The position numbers and the translations under genes are program-made. DNA of 64,000 nt from Hypanus sabinus (lineage: Eukaryota), in the NCBI RefSeq assembly GCF_030144855.1, contig NC_082706.1, forward strand, positions 150,412,001 through 150,476,000, read 5' to 3'. Under the pieces are notes generated by a model. The model worked only from the letters and a program-made list of their open reading frames with translations. It was not told where the DNA came from and did no database searches. This document shows, piece by piece, positions 38,505-51,544 of the stretch. How positions within the stretch are numbered: position 1 is the stretch's first letter; each line of letters opens with the position of its first letter.

Positions 38505-38960
38505 AGTCTGAGTGGGAGTGGGATGAAGAATTAAAGTGACTGGCTACAGGAAGCTTCTGCAGACTGAATGGAGAAACTCTGCAAACTTATCACCCAATCT
38601 ATAATTGATTTTTTTATTATAGAGGAGACCACATTGTGAGCACTGAATACTGAACCGAACATGGTGCAAGTGAATTGTTGCTCCAACTAGAAAAGTAGTT
38701 TAGATCCTGCACGATGTGAAGGAAAATGTTGAAAGGAGCTGTGTCTCCCTCATTTAGGTGGATAAAGGCTGTAAGATGGGGCACAGCTGGTGTAGATGGA
38801 AGTATCACCAGCAAATTATGAAGAGAAGCATCTCTTTGACATACTTTAAAGGAGTGAATAGAATATATGTTGTTGGGAGTTGACAGAAGCTTTAAAGAAT
38901 GACCTTTAAATGAGTAAGTTAAGGGTGCAGAAATTGAGGACCAAGGGAACTCTGTGCCTG
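38505..38960 (-). mobile_element. Old Penelope-like fragment (GIY-YIG endonuclease region)
   Basis: Minus strand FTCT..QCSQCGLLY..RLGDKFAE..LPVASHFNSSSHSH. Confidence 0.75.
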
Positions 38961-39134
38961 AAAATCAGAATATTTACATTTACTGGTGTTCTGAATTACA
39001 ATAAAATCAGAAACACAGACAAAAAGAAAGCACTCACCAGATAAGACAAAGTCTGTGGAAAGAGAAAGAGATCTTACATTTTAGGTTCAAGACCCTTCTT
39101 CAGAACTGGAAAGAAGAGACTGTTAGTTTTCAGT

Positions 39135-39430
39135 GCAAGTTCAAGTTCAATTACCATTCAACCACGCATGAATACCCATGAATACAGTCAAACTAAGCAG
39201 CATTGCTCCGGGGCCAAAGTGCAAAACACCGTACCAACAGCCACATACTGCACAAGGCACATGTAACATAACGAGCGCATATAAGTCATCAGTAAAATAC
39301 AGTCACACAAAAAAAAGTCCAAAAGCCTAAGTCCATGAATGTTTCAGAAATCCGCAATCAAACATGATATAGCTTTTCTTCAAACATTGGGGAGAGGGTA
39401 GCATCGACTCTAGCTTGTGGCAGAGAAGTT
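39135..39430 (-). mobile_element. Truncated second copy of the retroposon at 1492-2191
   Basis: Direct similarity over ~250 bp including the caagttcaagttcaa tail. Confidence 0.65.
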
Positions 39431-39627
39431 TGGGGACAGATGGTTAGAAGAAATGGAGTATCTTGATACGGTGAGACCAATGCATTAACACTGTAGTTTC
39501 ATGCACTTCATCATCTGCGACAAATAATACGGCTGTGTGACATACCCAGCAGATCAGCAGAACACTTTCCCTGATCTCTCCTGGAGGAGAGAGGGTGAAC
39601 ATAGATGTATGACAAATAGAGGAGATG

Positions 39628-40250
39628 TTCAAAGTTCAAAAGTTCAAAGTACATATATGTCACCATATACAACCTTTAAATTGATTTTCTTGCAGGCATA
39701 CTCAATAAATCCAAAATGGAATAATAACTATATCAGAACCAATGAAAGACTGCACAAACCTAGGTGTTCAACCAGTGAGCAAAGAACAACAAACTGTCAA
39801 AATACAATAAGAAAGAAATCATAATTATAAATAAATCAATAAGCAATTAATATTGAGAACATGAGATGAAGAGTTCTTGAAAGAGAATCCATGGGTTGTA
39901 GGACTATTTCAATGATGTGACAAGTGAAGTTAAGTGTAGTTACCCTCTTTGATTCAAGAGACTGCATGGTTGAGGGGTAAAAACTGTTCCTGATCTTGGT
40001 GGTGCAAGTTCTAAGGCTCCTCTATCTCCTTCCTGATGGCAGCAGCGAGACAAGAGAATGTCCTAGGTGGTGGAGGTCTTTGATAACAGATACTGCTTTC
40101 CTGCAACAATGCTCCATTTGTGGCGATGGCTTTACCCATGATGGACTGGGCCGTATTCTCTACTTTTTGTAGTTCAAGTGCATTTCCATATCAGGCTGTG
40201 ATGCAGACAGTCAATATGCTCTCCAACACACATCCATAGAAATTTGTCAA
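39628..40250 (-). mobile_element. Rex1/Babar-like 3' fragment
   Basis: ttcaaagttcaaaagttcaaag tail; minus strand RKAVSVIKDLHHLGHSLVSLLPSGRR. Confidence 0.82.
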
Positions 40251-40599
40251 TGGCTGAATTTTAAACAGCTCTGTCAATGAATGCATGCATAAAATAAAAG
40301 TAGGAAAGTAATACATATTAAAAATACTCAGTATTTCAGACCACATCAGTGCAAGGGAAATAGATGTAACATTTCAGGTTCACAATCATGCCTCATACTA
40401 AGAAGCTGATCTTTATTTTGCCTATAAAATTAAAATAAGTGTTACCCACCAGTTATAATTCATCTGTTCCAATTTTAATCAGTAGAAATGTATAGAGCCC
40501 TGTTGATGCAAAATGAGTAATTTACTTTATTGTCAATGACAAAATTATTCCTGAGTGTTACTGAAGTGATGCAAAACAGATTGGCAAATCCAAAATAAA

Positions 40600-42735
40600 T
40601 GCACAGAACATGGAACAGTCCAACACAGGAACAGGTCCTTTGGTCCACAATGTTGCTCAGAACCAATTAAATTAGTAATTAAATGCTTATCCTTTTAGTA
40701 AAGAAAATGGAAGTAAGTGGACATCAAAACAATATCCATAACCTTCCATTATCTGTACATTCATGTGCCTATCTAAAACTCTCTTAAAAGTCTCTAATGT
40801 AACTGCCTCTACCACCACTCCATGCAGCACATTACAAGAATCCACCACTTTCTGTGTAAAAGACTTGCTTTGAATTTACTCCCTCTCAACATAAATTTGT
40901 TCTCTCTGGTATTAGACTTTTCAGCCTTGGGAAAAAGATACCAACTGTCTGCTCTATCTATCTCTCTCATAATCTTATAAACATATATCAGATCTCCTCT
41001 CAGCCTCCACCACTCCAAAGAAAACAACCTAAGTTTATCCAACCTTTTGTTATAGCACATGTCCTCTAATTCAGGGAACATCCTGGTAAGCCCATTCTGC
41101 ACTCTCTGCAAAACTTCAACATCCTTCATATAATGTAGCAAGTGGAACTGTATGCAATACTCAAGATGCAGCCTAACTAGAGTTTTATAAAGCTGCGATA
41201 TAATTTTCTGACTTTTGACCTCAATGCCTCAACTGATAAAGCAAGCATACCATATTCCTTCTTAATCACCCTATCAATGTGTGTAGCCACTTTCAGGGAG
41301 TTATGAACTTGGACCCCAAGATCACACTGGTCATCGTCACTGTTAATGTACTTGCCCTGTACAGTGCAGTGTCTATTTACATTTGACCTATTAAGATGCA
41401 ACACTTCACATTTGACTGGGTTGAACTCCATATGCTAGTTCTCCACGTATATCGGCAACAGATCTAAATCCCACTATATTCTTTGCCAGTCTTCTACGCT
41501 ATCTAAAACACTACTGATCTTCATATTGTCTGCAAACTTACTAATATACATATTTATATTTTCATCGAGGTCATTAATATGCATCACGAACAGCAGAGAT
41601 TCTAGTCTCCCTGCAGAACACTCAAATCTCAAATCTCCAGCTGGAATAAGTCTCTTTGACCACTACCCTCTGTGTTCTATGAGCAATTCAGTTCTGCACC
41701 CAAATGGCTAATTCACCATTGTTCCTATGCATCTTAATCTTCTGGAAGAGCCTCCCATGAAGGATCTTATCAAATGCCTTACTAAAATCCATGTAGATAT
41801 CCACAGTTCTTACCTTCGGTAAACACCTTTGTCACCTCATCAAAAAACCCAATCAAGTTAGAAAAAAATTACTTGCCCTGTGCAAAACCATTTTGGCTTT
41901 CCCTGATTAGGCTGTAGTTTTCAAAACGCTCATAAATCCTAAGAATTCTCTCCAGTTAGGTAAGGTTTAGCCTTACCTAATTTTAGATTTTATTACTGGG
42001 CATTTAATATACAATATCTTACATTTTGGCTATATTATATTAATCATGTAGACTGTCCAGTATGGGTATCTTTAGAAGCTAACTCTGTTAATAAATTTTC
42101 TGTTATTTCTCTTCTTGGATCCTCACTTACTTTATTTTGTAAGTCAACTAACTGATAATTTAATAGTTAAACATAATCTGAGGATCTGGATACAATTTAG
42201 AAAACTCTTTGGTTTATTGAGCTGTTCCCCTTCAAGTCCCATTTATTCTAATTTTTTTTAAACCCTCCATGACTGATTTAGTTTTAAAGAATGGGACAGG
42301 TTGAGTATTATATATTTTTGGGATCTGTTTGTTGGAGGAAACCTTTTTTCATTTGAGCAATTGTCAGCTAAATATAGCTTACCCAAAACTCACTTTTTTA
42401 GATATCTACAAATCAGAGACTTTCTAAGATCTCAATTATGCACATTTCCTTTTAGCTCAGGTAAGAACTTACTAGATGTAATTTTTAGTTTTGACACCTT
42501 TTCATAATGGTTCAATATCTAATATTTATGGTATGTTACTGGAGATGAGGAATGTTCCTTTAGACAAAATTAACAATCTCTGGGAACAAGAATTACAGAC
42601 ATCAATATCTGACGAATCCTGGAATGAAATTTTTAAACTGGTTGATAATTCATTGCTATGTGCTCATCATTCCAGTAACTTTCCTATCACTGATGTGAGA
42701 ATCACCAGTCTATAGTTTCCAGGATTATCCTTGTA
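40600..42735 (-). mobile_element. CR1 LINE RT and 3' end, interrupted by an L1 fragment
   Basis: MEFNPVKCEVLHL, RLRGDLIYVYKIMREID; resumes at 42671 with GNYRLVILTSVIGKLLE. Confidence 0.9.
41957..42670 (+). mobile_element. Internal fragment of an L1-clade LINE ORF2 (post-RT region), truncated at both ends
   Basis: LALPNFRFYYWAFNIQYLTFW, LRIWIQFRKLFG, FSFEQLSAKYSLPKTHFFRYLQIRDFL, LWEQELQTSISDESW; tccagt at 41951-41956 and 42671-42676. Confidence 0.88.
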
Positions 42736-42859
42736 ATTTGGCATGGTACTCGTGAATCAGCACTGTGAGCAACAGTCCTGGGTGGCACCATGATGGAGCA
42801 TGAGATCTTGCTGCCAACTTGGATTGACTGGGCTCTTTCCACCTTCAAGTCCAAAATCC

Positions 42860-43997
42860 TATGAGTTCCAATGACCTCACTGCCAGATTCAGCTCAAACC
42901 ATGTAATCCAGTTCACTGATGATACAACAGTGGCTGGCCTCATCAGAAACAATGCTAAGTTGACATACAGGGAGAAGGTAGAGAGGTTTGTCAAATTGTG
43001 TGAAAACAATAACACCATTTGTTTCAATGTGGCTCAACATGGACAAAACAAAAGAGGGTCACATCAATGACCCTGCCATAGAGTAAAGAGCACAAGGTTT
43101 CTTGGTGTGCACATAATGGATGATCTAACCTGGACCCACAACACCTCTTCACTAGTCAGGAAGACACAGCAACATCTACATTTTCTGAAGAGATTGAGGT
43201 GTGCAAGCCTCCGTGCCCCCATTCTAACAACTTTCTACAGGAGCACCGTCGACAGTGTCTTGTCTACCTACAACACTGTGTGGTATGGAAACTACAAGGC
43301 ATCAGACCACAAGACTCCACGGAGGATAGCAAAAACTGACGTGAGTATCATCAAGGTCTCTGTTCGCCATAATCCGACATGTACTGGGAGTATTGCAGAC
43401 AAAGATCCCGAAGCATTGTTGAACATCCCTACCACTTATCCCACAATCTCTCTGACCCACTGCCATCAGGAAGGAGATACACAAACATTAGGATTAGGAT
43501 TGCCAGGCTGTGTAACTGCTTCTTCCCTTAAACTGTGAGACTAACAGATACCCTACCACTAACAAGGTCTCATCACTAGGACAGCAAGCTGTTTACTGGT
43601 TACCTATGCTACACACAACATGCATTTTGAATTATATTTTATTAACTTAGTTATGATAATATTAACTTATTTATGAGTTGACACGAGGAAATCTGCAGAT
43701 GCTGGAAATACAAACAATACACACAAAATGCTGGTGGAACACAGCAGGCCAGGCAGCATCTATAAAGAGAAGCACTGTCGACGAAGGGTCCTGACCCGAA
43801 ACGTCGACAGTGCTTCTCCTTATAGATGCTGCCTGGCCTGCTGTGTTCCACCAGCAATTTGTGTGTGCTGTTTTTATTTATGAGCTGTGTGCGATATTTA
43901 TTTTTTGGGTGCACATTGTCTGAAAGAACATTGTTTCATTTGGTCATATATATGTACAGTCAGATGTTGTACAGTCATGTTCAACAAACTTGAACTA
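42860..43997 (+). mobile_element. Rex1/Babar-like LINE 3' portion
   Basis: ARFSSNHVIQFTDDTTVAGLI, RKTQQHLHFLKRLR, TTFYRSTVDSVLS; tail aaacttgaact. Confidence 0.87.
43681..43873. mobile_element. Young PLE-derived fold-back element; 14-bp TSD
   Basis: Inverted arms meet at ctgtc-gacga-agggtcctgaccc-gaaac-gtc-gacag (43775-43810); TSD ttatttatgagttg (43667-43680) / ttatttatgagctg (43874-43887). Confidence 0.9.
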
Positions 43998-44039
43998 AAT
44001 TCCTAGGAAGGGAGAACTGTTTTGTCACAAGAAGTTATT

Positions 44040-44370
44040 TGGATAGATACTCTTTGAAGTTTAGGATAGGATATGTTCAAAATGTGTAAGAACCTACAAA
44101 GGCGTGAGATTGTACATATTGATGCTTCCAATAGTAGGAGGGTCTTGAGTAAAGAAACTTAGTTACAAGATAAGGGGGCAGTCATTTAAATCTGTATAGA
44201 AATTTCCTCATGCAGGGAATGGTGAATCTCTGAAACTTCCCACTTCAGGTGGTTGTATAGGGTAGATCATTGGAAGTATTTAAAGTGGTAGTTAATATTT
44301 TGAAAGATCTAGCAATCTAGGATTATGGAGAAGAGATAAACCATGGTGCTGATCAGGCACGGTCATAGAC
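44040..44370 (+). mobile_element. Old CR1 3' fragment
   Basis: YSLKFR, YKIRGQSFK and VVNL*N motifs. Confidence 0.6.
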
Positions 44371-44859
44371 ATAATGATGCTCGATGTCTACTGAGAAAGG
44401 GCACAGAGCATAACATTAAAATCACAAATAACAGGTTACGTTAATAAACAAGAATCAGACATCAGAAGGTCAGGCATCACCTGTGACAGTTGCAATGCAA
44501 TCAACCATTTTAGGATTTTTTCCCATCACAAGCACTGAACTAACTTCAAATTCAAGTATGTGTTTCATTGCACAGAAGAGTCAAGGGGGGATAGAAGGGA
44601 GGAAATATTTGAAGGACTAGAGAAAATGAATAATTGCAGATGACCTGCCAGGAAGATGTAAGTAGAAGCAGGTGAATGTAAATAGAGGAGGAGTGAATAA
44701 ACTGTTGTAATTATCCTCTGACTTGGTACATTTAAGATAATCAGCCATTTCTAATCTCAGTATTTCCAACAATTTCTGTTTTTATTTCAATTTTTTTCTC
44801 TCTAATTAACAACATTATTGTTGGGAAATTTCACACCCACAACGTCTGAGTCATTGTAT

Positions 44860-46115
44860 TCAAGTTTGGTTAATATCATTTCCATACACAAGTGTAAAGG
44901 AGAATTAAATAATTGTTACTCCATATCTGATGCAACGTAAAAAAACCCACAATAGGATAAAAGATCATAATAATAAAAAACATGATAAATATAAATACAT
45001 CAGATACTTTATATACAGTGATTGATGGTATGTGGATAAAGTGACTGTACATAAGTTGCTTTCAAAGGAAATAGTAAAAAAGTGGGTGGAGGTGTTGATC
45101 AGCATTTCTGCTTGGGTAAAGTAACTATTTGAGTTTTGTGGTCCTGGTGTGATTGCTAGGTAGCCTCCTCCGATTGGAAGTGGGACAAACAGCCCATGAG
45201 CAGAGTGGGTGGGATTCTTCTTGAAACTGCTGGCCTTTTTCTGACATATTTCTGTATACAATATATGCCCATCAATAATGTCTTCAAAAGACAATGCCTC
45301 AAAAAGGTGGCATCCATCATTAAGGGCCCCATCACCTGGGATATCCCCTTCTTTTCATTGTTGCCATCAAGCAGGGGGTACAGGAGCCTGAAGGCACACA
45401 CTTAACATTTTAGGAACAGTTTCTTCCCCACCACCATCAGATTTCTGAATGGACAATCAATTTTTGTACACCACCTCACTATATCTTTTCGGTCTCTACT
45501 TATTTAATTTGATATATATAGTTCTGATGGTACTTTATAGTTTTTTTTTACTATGTATTGCAATGTACTGCCATCATAAAATAACGTAGTTTACAACATC
45601 TGCCCATGATATTTATTAATTATATTAAACCTGATTCTGATTCTGTTAGCAGGTAGGCTGGAGTTGGTGATGCACTGGGCAGCTTTGTTCACCCATTGTA
45701 GAACCATCCTGTCTGCAACCCTACAGTTTCCGTACCAAGCAGTAAAGCAGCATGTTAGGATGCTCTCTTACTGTGCATCTGTGAAAGGATGTGAGTATTG
45801 ATGTACATAGTCCAGCTCTTTTCAGCCTCCTCAGAAAGCTGAGGATTGTGTAGGATGTGTTCTGGGACCATCTGGGGTTGTGTGAAATATGCATTCCCAG
45901 GAGTGTGAAACTGCTCTCAGTTTCCACAGCTGTTGTGCTGACGTAAAGAGGGGTGTGAGTGTTGTGAATTCTCCTAAAGTTGGTAACCATCTCCTTTGTC
46001 TTGTTGACATCAAGGAAGAAGATAGTTGACTGTCACGGTGCCTTGAGTTCTTTCACCTCCTCTCTGTGGGCCATCTTATGGATGTTGGTGATGAGATCAA
46101 CCACTGTTATGTTGT
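44860..46115. mobile_element. Nested Rex1/Babar-like fragments (minus 44860-45260 and 45646-46115; plus 45265-45645)
   Basis: FLRRLKRAGLCTSILTSFHRC on minus; CLKKVASIIKGP..FFSLLPSSRGYRSLKAHT on plus with cctgattctgattctg tail. Confidence 0.8.
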
Positions 46116-46786
46116 ATTAAAACTGTACACTGAACAGAATGCTGGGCAGACCAGTAAGTCATCCTTCTAAAGATGACATTTCCTGTTATGTCAGCTAGAA
46201 AGGCAAAAGACAAGAAAACATTAAAAAATACAAATGCCAGAAAGCTCAGATTCATGGCTCTGAATAACTTTTTGTTAATTCTGTCAAATTTTGGCTGTCA
46301 TCGATATTCCTTGTAACTGTGAATCAGGTTGAAACACTTCAAAAAAAATCTATATTCCACACCTTAAGAAGCTTGGGTCAACAGTACATGGATATCAAGA
46401 CGAGTGGAGGAAAATAATAGAAGTACTGATGTTTGTACTTGGCATCATCATTTTCTCAGAAGCAGGTGTGTAATAACAACTGCAGGTCTTTCAATGCAAA
46501 CTTAGAACAATGGTGGATCAAGTCTGCGGAACTCCAGTCTTCCTCAGAAAGCAACAATGTGCAAGCTCAACACATTTCACCTTGAATGGATTAACATGTT
46601 AAGCATTTAAATCCCCAAGCTTCGGATGTGGACTGGCAACTTCGAAAGCTTGTTGAACAGCATGTTGAGTTTCAACAATGAAGTAACAGAACAATTACCT
46701 CAGTGCTTCAGCAGTAAGACCATAAGATGTAGGAGCAGAATTAGGTTATTTGGCCCATCAAGTCTGCTCCTAAAGATCATGATCAT

Positions 46787-47465
46787 CTTCACTACAACTT
46801 CCATCTTTCCCTTAAATTCACTTGGTCCTTCTCCAACACCTTTCTCCTCCTACTCGACCTCAGGAGGCAGATTATCTATTAGTATTTTTTACTAACCCAC
46901 TGACTCTCACAGTTACCTCAACTACACCTCTTGCCACCCTGTCACTTGCATGAATGCTATTCCATTCTCTCAGTGTCTCCATCTATTTTCCATCTGTTCT
47001 CATGCTGAGGCTTTCCATTCTTGGACTTTCAACGTACCCTCTTTTGCAGAACAGACTTAATTGATGAAATGACCTAATTCTGCTCCTATCTCATATGTCT
47101 AAGGTCTCAAAACTGTGGCTCCCTCCACCACTGCTATCGATGTAGCCCTTACTCACATCACATCACTTCTATTTTTCTCACATCTTCCCTCACCCCATAC
47201 TCCAATACATAACAAGTAGAGAGTTCCCCTTGTTCTCACCCATAGGCCCCCATTTTCAATGTATTTTTATTTGCAATGTCTGCCATCTTCAACGTGATCC
47301 TATTACATGGAATGTCTTCTTCTCCTCTCCTCTCTATGCCTTCCGCAGGAATATCAATCCCTGTGACTCCTTTGTCTATTTATCTCTCCACACTGATCCC
47401 TGCAATGATCCTAAATGTTGCTTTTACACCTAAGTCTCCTCCTTCACCACCATTCAGGGCCCTAA
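46787..47465 (+). mobile_element. Dead PLE fragment with nested CR1 tail; copy 2
   Basis: Colinear with 11028-11705: same start (cttcactacaactt), same end (ccattcagg(g)ccctaa), same nested insert at ~47046-47108. Confidence 0.85.
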
Positions 47466-48940
47466 ACATTGTAAATGTCTCTCTTCTTTTCAAGAAGGGA
47501 GAGAGGCAGAAGAAAGGAAACTATGGACCAGTTAGTCTGACCTCAGTGGTTAGGAATATATTGGAGTCAATTATTAAAGATAAGGTCTCAGTATACTTGG
47601 AGGCATATGATAAAATAGGCTGTAGTCAACAGATCTTTCCAGACAAATTTGTTGGAATTCTTTGAAGAAATAACAAACAGGATAGACAAACCAGAATGGG
47701 TTGATGTTGTGTACTTGGACCTTCAGAAGGCCTTTGACAAGGTGCCACACATGAGGTTGCTTAACAAACTATGAGCACATGGTATTACAGGAAAGATTCT
47801 AGCATGGTTAAAGCAGTGGCTGATTGGCAGGAGGCAAAGAGTGGGAATAAACAGAGCCTTTTCTGGTTGGTTGCCAGTTACTAGTGATGTTCCATAAGGG
47901 TCTGAGTTGGGACTGATGCTTTTTTTGTTATATGTCAATGACGGAATTGATGGCTTTGTTGCAAAGTTTGCAGATGATATGAAGATAGGTGGACAGGCAG
48001 GTAGTTTTGAAGTAGTATGGAAGACTATAGAAGAAGTAGAAAGGATACAGAAGGGCTTTTGAGGAAGCAGAAAGGATACCAAAGGGCTTAAACAGATTAG
48101 AAGAAATGGCAAAGAAGTGGCAGATGGAATACAGTGTCAGGAAGTGGATGGTCATGCACTTTGGTAGAAGAAATGGAAGAGTTGACTATTTTCTAAGTGT
48201 AGAGAAAATACAAAAAAAATGAGGTGCAAATGGAGTTGGGAGTTCTTGCACAGGATTCCCTAAAAGCTAATCTGCAGGTTGAGTCAGTGGTGAGGATGAA
48301 ATGCCATGTTAGCATTCATTTCATGAGTGCTAGAATATAAAAGCAAGGATGTAATGTTAAGTCTTTACAAAGCACTGATAAGGCCTCACTTGGAGTATTG
48401 TGAACAGTTTTGAGCCCTTTGTCTTAGAAAGGATCTGCTGAAACTGGAAACGGTTCAATGCAGGTTTGCAAAAATTATTCCAGGGTTGAACAGTTTTGAA
48501 GAGTGTTTGATGGTTCTGGGCCTGTATTCATTAGAATTCAGAAGAATGAAGAGTGACCCCATTGAAACCTATTAAATGGTGAAAGGCCTTGAAAGAGTTG
48601 ATGTAGAGAGGATGTTTGCTATGGTCGGAGTGTCCAAGATCAGAAGACACAGCCTCAGAATAGAGGGGCATTCTTTTAGAATGGAGAAGACGAGGATTTT
48701 TTTTAGCCAAAGAGTAGTGTATCTGTGGAATTCTTTGCCACAGCCAGTTGTGGAAGTCAAGTCGTTATGTATATTTAAGGCTGAGGCTGATACATTCTTG
48801 ATGGTTCAGAGCATGAAGGGATACAGGGAGAAGGCAGGAGATTGGAGCTGAGAGGAAACTTGTTTCAGTCATGATGAAATGGTAAAACAGACCCAACAGG
48901 CCAAATGGACAAACTGCTCTTATATCTGATGGTGTTATTA
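47466..48940 (+). mobile_element. CR1 LINE RT and 3' end
   Basis: LFKKGERQKKGNYGPVSLTSVV, LDLQKAFDKVPH, KFADDMK, FFSQRVVYLWNSLP. Confidence 0.92.
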
Positions 48941-49069
48941 TAGTTTAAAAAGTCTTTCCAGATGAGGCAGTCTTTCAGTTGAGAACCAATCTGTATTATT
49001 TGTTGCATCTGGTGAGGCTCATCAGTGAGCTCATTCAAAATGTGGGATTGCTTCATCAAGTTCCTTCAC

Positions 49070-49690
49070 ACCATCCAGCATGACAGCCAGGAGCTCCTGG
49101 TGCCTGACCATTTTAATTCCACTTCTCATTCCCACACTGGCATAATCTATCCACAGCCATCTCTACTGCCAATTTGAGGCCAGATGCAGATGAGAAGATT
49201 AGCACTCAAATTCCATCTTGGTAGTTCCAACCCGATGGCATGAACATCGATTTCTTCTGGTAGGCACCCCCCCCCCTTTGTTTTCTCTTTGTTTTCCCTT
49301 TCCTGTTGGTGCTCATAGCCCTGTTCTTTCTCCTCTCCTGCACTTTTGATCTGTTCTTTACCCACATATTCCTGGTTCTGTTTCCACTCCTCACTTCCTA
49401 CCTTTTATTCCATGGCTCATTGTCCACTACTATCATATGCCATCTTCTTCTATTCATTGTCACTTCCACCCATCAGCTCCTAGCTTCCTACATCATTCCC
49501 ACTCTCCCACTCACCCAGCTTCCTATCTCTCCCTTCCCACATCATTCCCTGCCCCACCTTCTTATAATGGCAATCTCTTCTCTTTCTTCCCAGTTGTAAA
49601 GAAAGGTCTCCTCCCAAAAAGTCAGCTGACAATTTCCCTCCATAGATGCTGCCTGATCCACTAAGTTCCTCTAGCACGCTGCATGTCACT
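49070..49690 (+). mobile_element. Penelope-like 3' fragment (end of GIY-YIG, pyrimidine-rich 3'UTR, decayed hammerhead ~49590-49630)
   Basis: HFNSTSHSHT..QPDGMNIDF followed by family tail ccatagatgctgcctga. Confidence 0.8.
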
Positions 49691-51544
49691 GCAAAGCTTT
49701 TATATCTTTGGTTTGGTTGCCAAAATAAAGCATTATATTGGCACTATATTGCAAAAGAAGCAAAAATTGTTGGAATTACTCAGCAGATCATAAAGCACGT
49801 GTGGAAAGAAAAATAGAGGTAATGATTCAGGTCACTGACTTTTCATCACCATTTGCATCTTTGCTGCATTAACAGCCAGATAATCAAGCAATTTTGATTA
49901 ATGGTTTGTTAGGCTGTTCAGTTACAGCAAGTAAACTAGTTGCAAGCTTACAATCTCCTAATGAAACACTGTCAATTTTGAGCCAAGTTCAAAAAGGAAC
50001 CCATTCTGTACATAGAAGTATGTTAATCTACTTATCCATAAAACCAACCCATCACATAATCCAATGATGTTCAAGGTTAAAAGGGATAACTAGTTTACAA
50101 CTGATAGAACCAAATCTATTTTCTTTGTCCTGCAAATTGTTTTTCCTTGTGCCCTTAAATTTACTAAAACTGAATAGAACTTATATTAAAAAGTCAAGGT
50201 TATTCAATGCATCTTAATCAATTGTTAAGTTGTTCTTTTTTACTGCAGTTCGATATACAAATATCCAAGCTTAGTATAGAAATTCCATTCATGCCTATGA
50301 CAAAGTTTATTTTTAATTATTTTGTAGTGTGATGTGCTAGGTCATTATAGTACAATGCATATTGCTCCATTACAAGGTAATTATACAGAGGACTTCCAAA
50401 ATTACTTATGTGCCACATTTGCAAATACTGCAATGAAACCCGCTCTACAATTGGAATTTGATATTTTTGATTAATATATAATGTGTATGTGAATTATTCA
50501 ATTATATCTGCAATATTTTGAATAGTTTAGAATCCCATTTTCATTGTTAGCACTGACTCTCTGGCAGGTAAACATGCTTAAAGAGTGCAACATAACTGAT
50601 GAGTTTTGAGCTTGAGACCGCATAGAACAGAACCAAGTCCACTATAGTAAATCACCCTGGGAACATATTAAATGTATAAAACCTGTTGTTCGAGATTTAC
50701 TTTCATTGATGGAATAATATTCATAATAGGGTTAACTTATTATGAGGATTATTTGACTGCTGTTAAGAAAGCTAGGCAAAGGTAAAAAAAAGATGAAATG
50801 TATTAATTAATTACTTGAGGATGGAAGGGTTAAGCACACTGGGGAAGAGACTGGACAATTGTCAAATGCAGGAACATTGGCCATGATACGTATTTAAATT
50901 GCAACACTTTCCCCTACCCCCACACACACACAAACACAGGAAGCACACAAGATTTATACAGCTTACTCATTATAATGATTTCAGTCTTCACGGTTTAATA
51001 CACTGTTCACAGACATCTCAACAGGGGGGCTTAATTTGAAAGTTGCAAGCATTAAGAAAATTTAGCCATCGGTTCCGGAGACAAGTATTTAAGTGACACA
51101 CCATTCAACTGTGTCTCTTCCCAACAAATTATACAGATTACTGAGGCAGAAGAGTGACAGTGGCATCATGGACCGTGACTACTCTGATAAGATTCCTGGT
51201 CTCATCCTTGCTATTCTTATTGGGAATATTACTGTTGCTTATTATCCAGAGAGACCAAACTGGTGGTGATCTTAGATTTGTAGACTATAGCAGGACCTTG
51301 AAGATCCCTGAGGTGCTAGAAGTTATTCTCTTAAGATTACCTGCAAAGTACCTCCACTGAAATCAGCAGCAAACCACCAGGTCTCTGCCACAGGTTTGAT
51401 AGTATTTTGAAGCACCAGCGAAGACAAAGTTCACTGAAGTGCCGTATGCAAGAGAAACTTGTTTGATCAGAAGTTTTAACTTCTATAGCAAGTGCTATAC
51501 TGTTCTCCAAAGAACTATCAGCAGATTTAAAAACAACCTCAAGA

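Noticed and set aside
50596-50625. CTGATGAG hammerhead-like core
   Set aside because: No GAAA box and no stem I pairing
51341-51540. Possible minus-strand exon ending at CAG/gtaatc
   Set aside because: Donor is plausible, but there is no convincing acceptor and the peptide is unrecognisable
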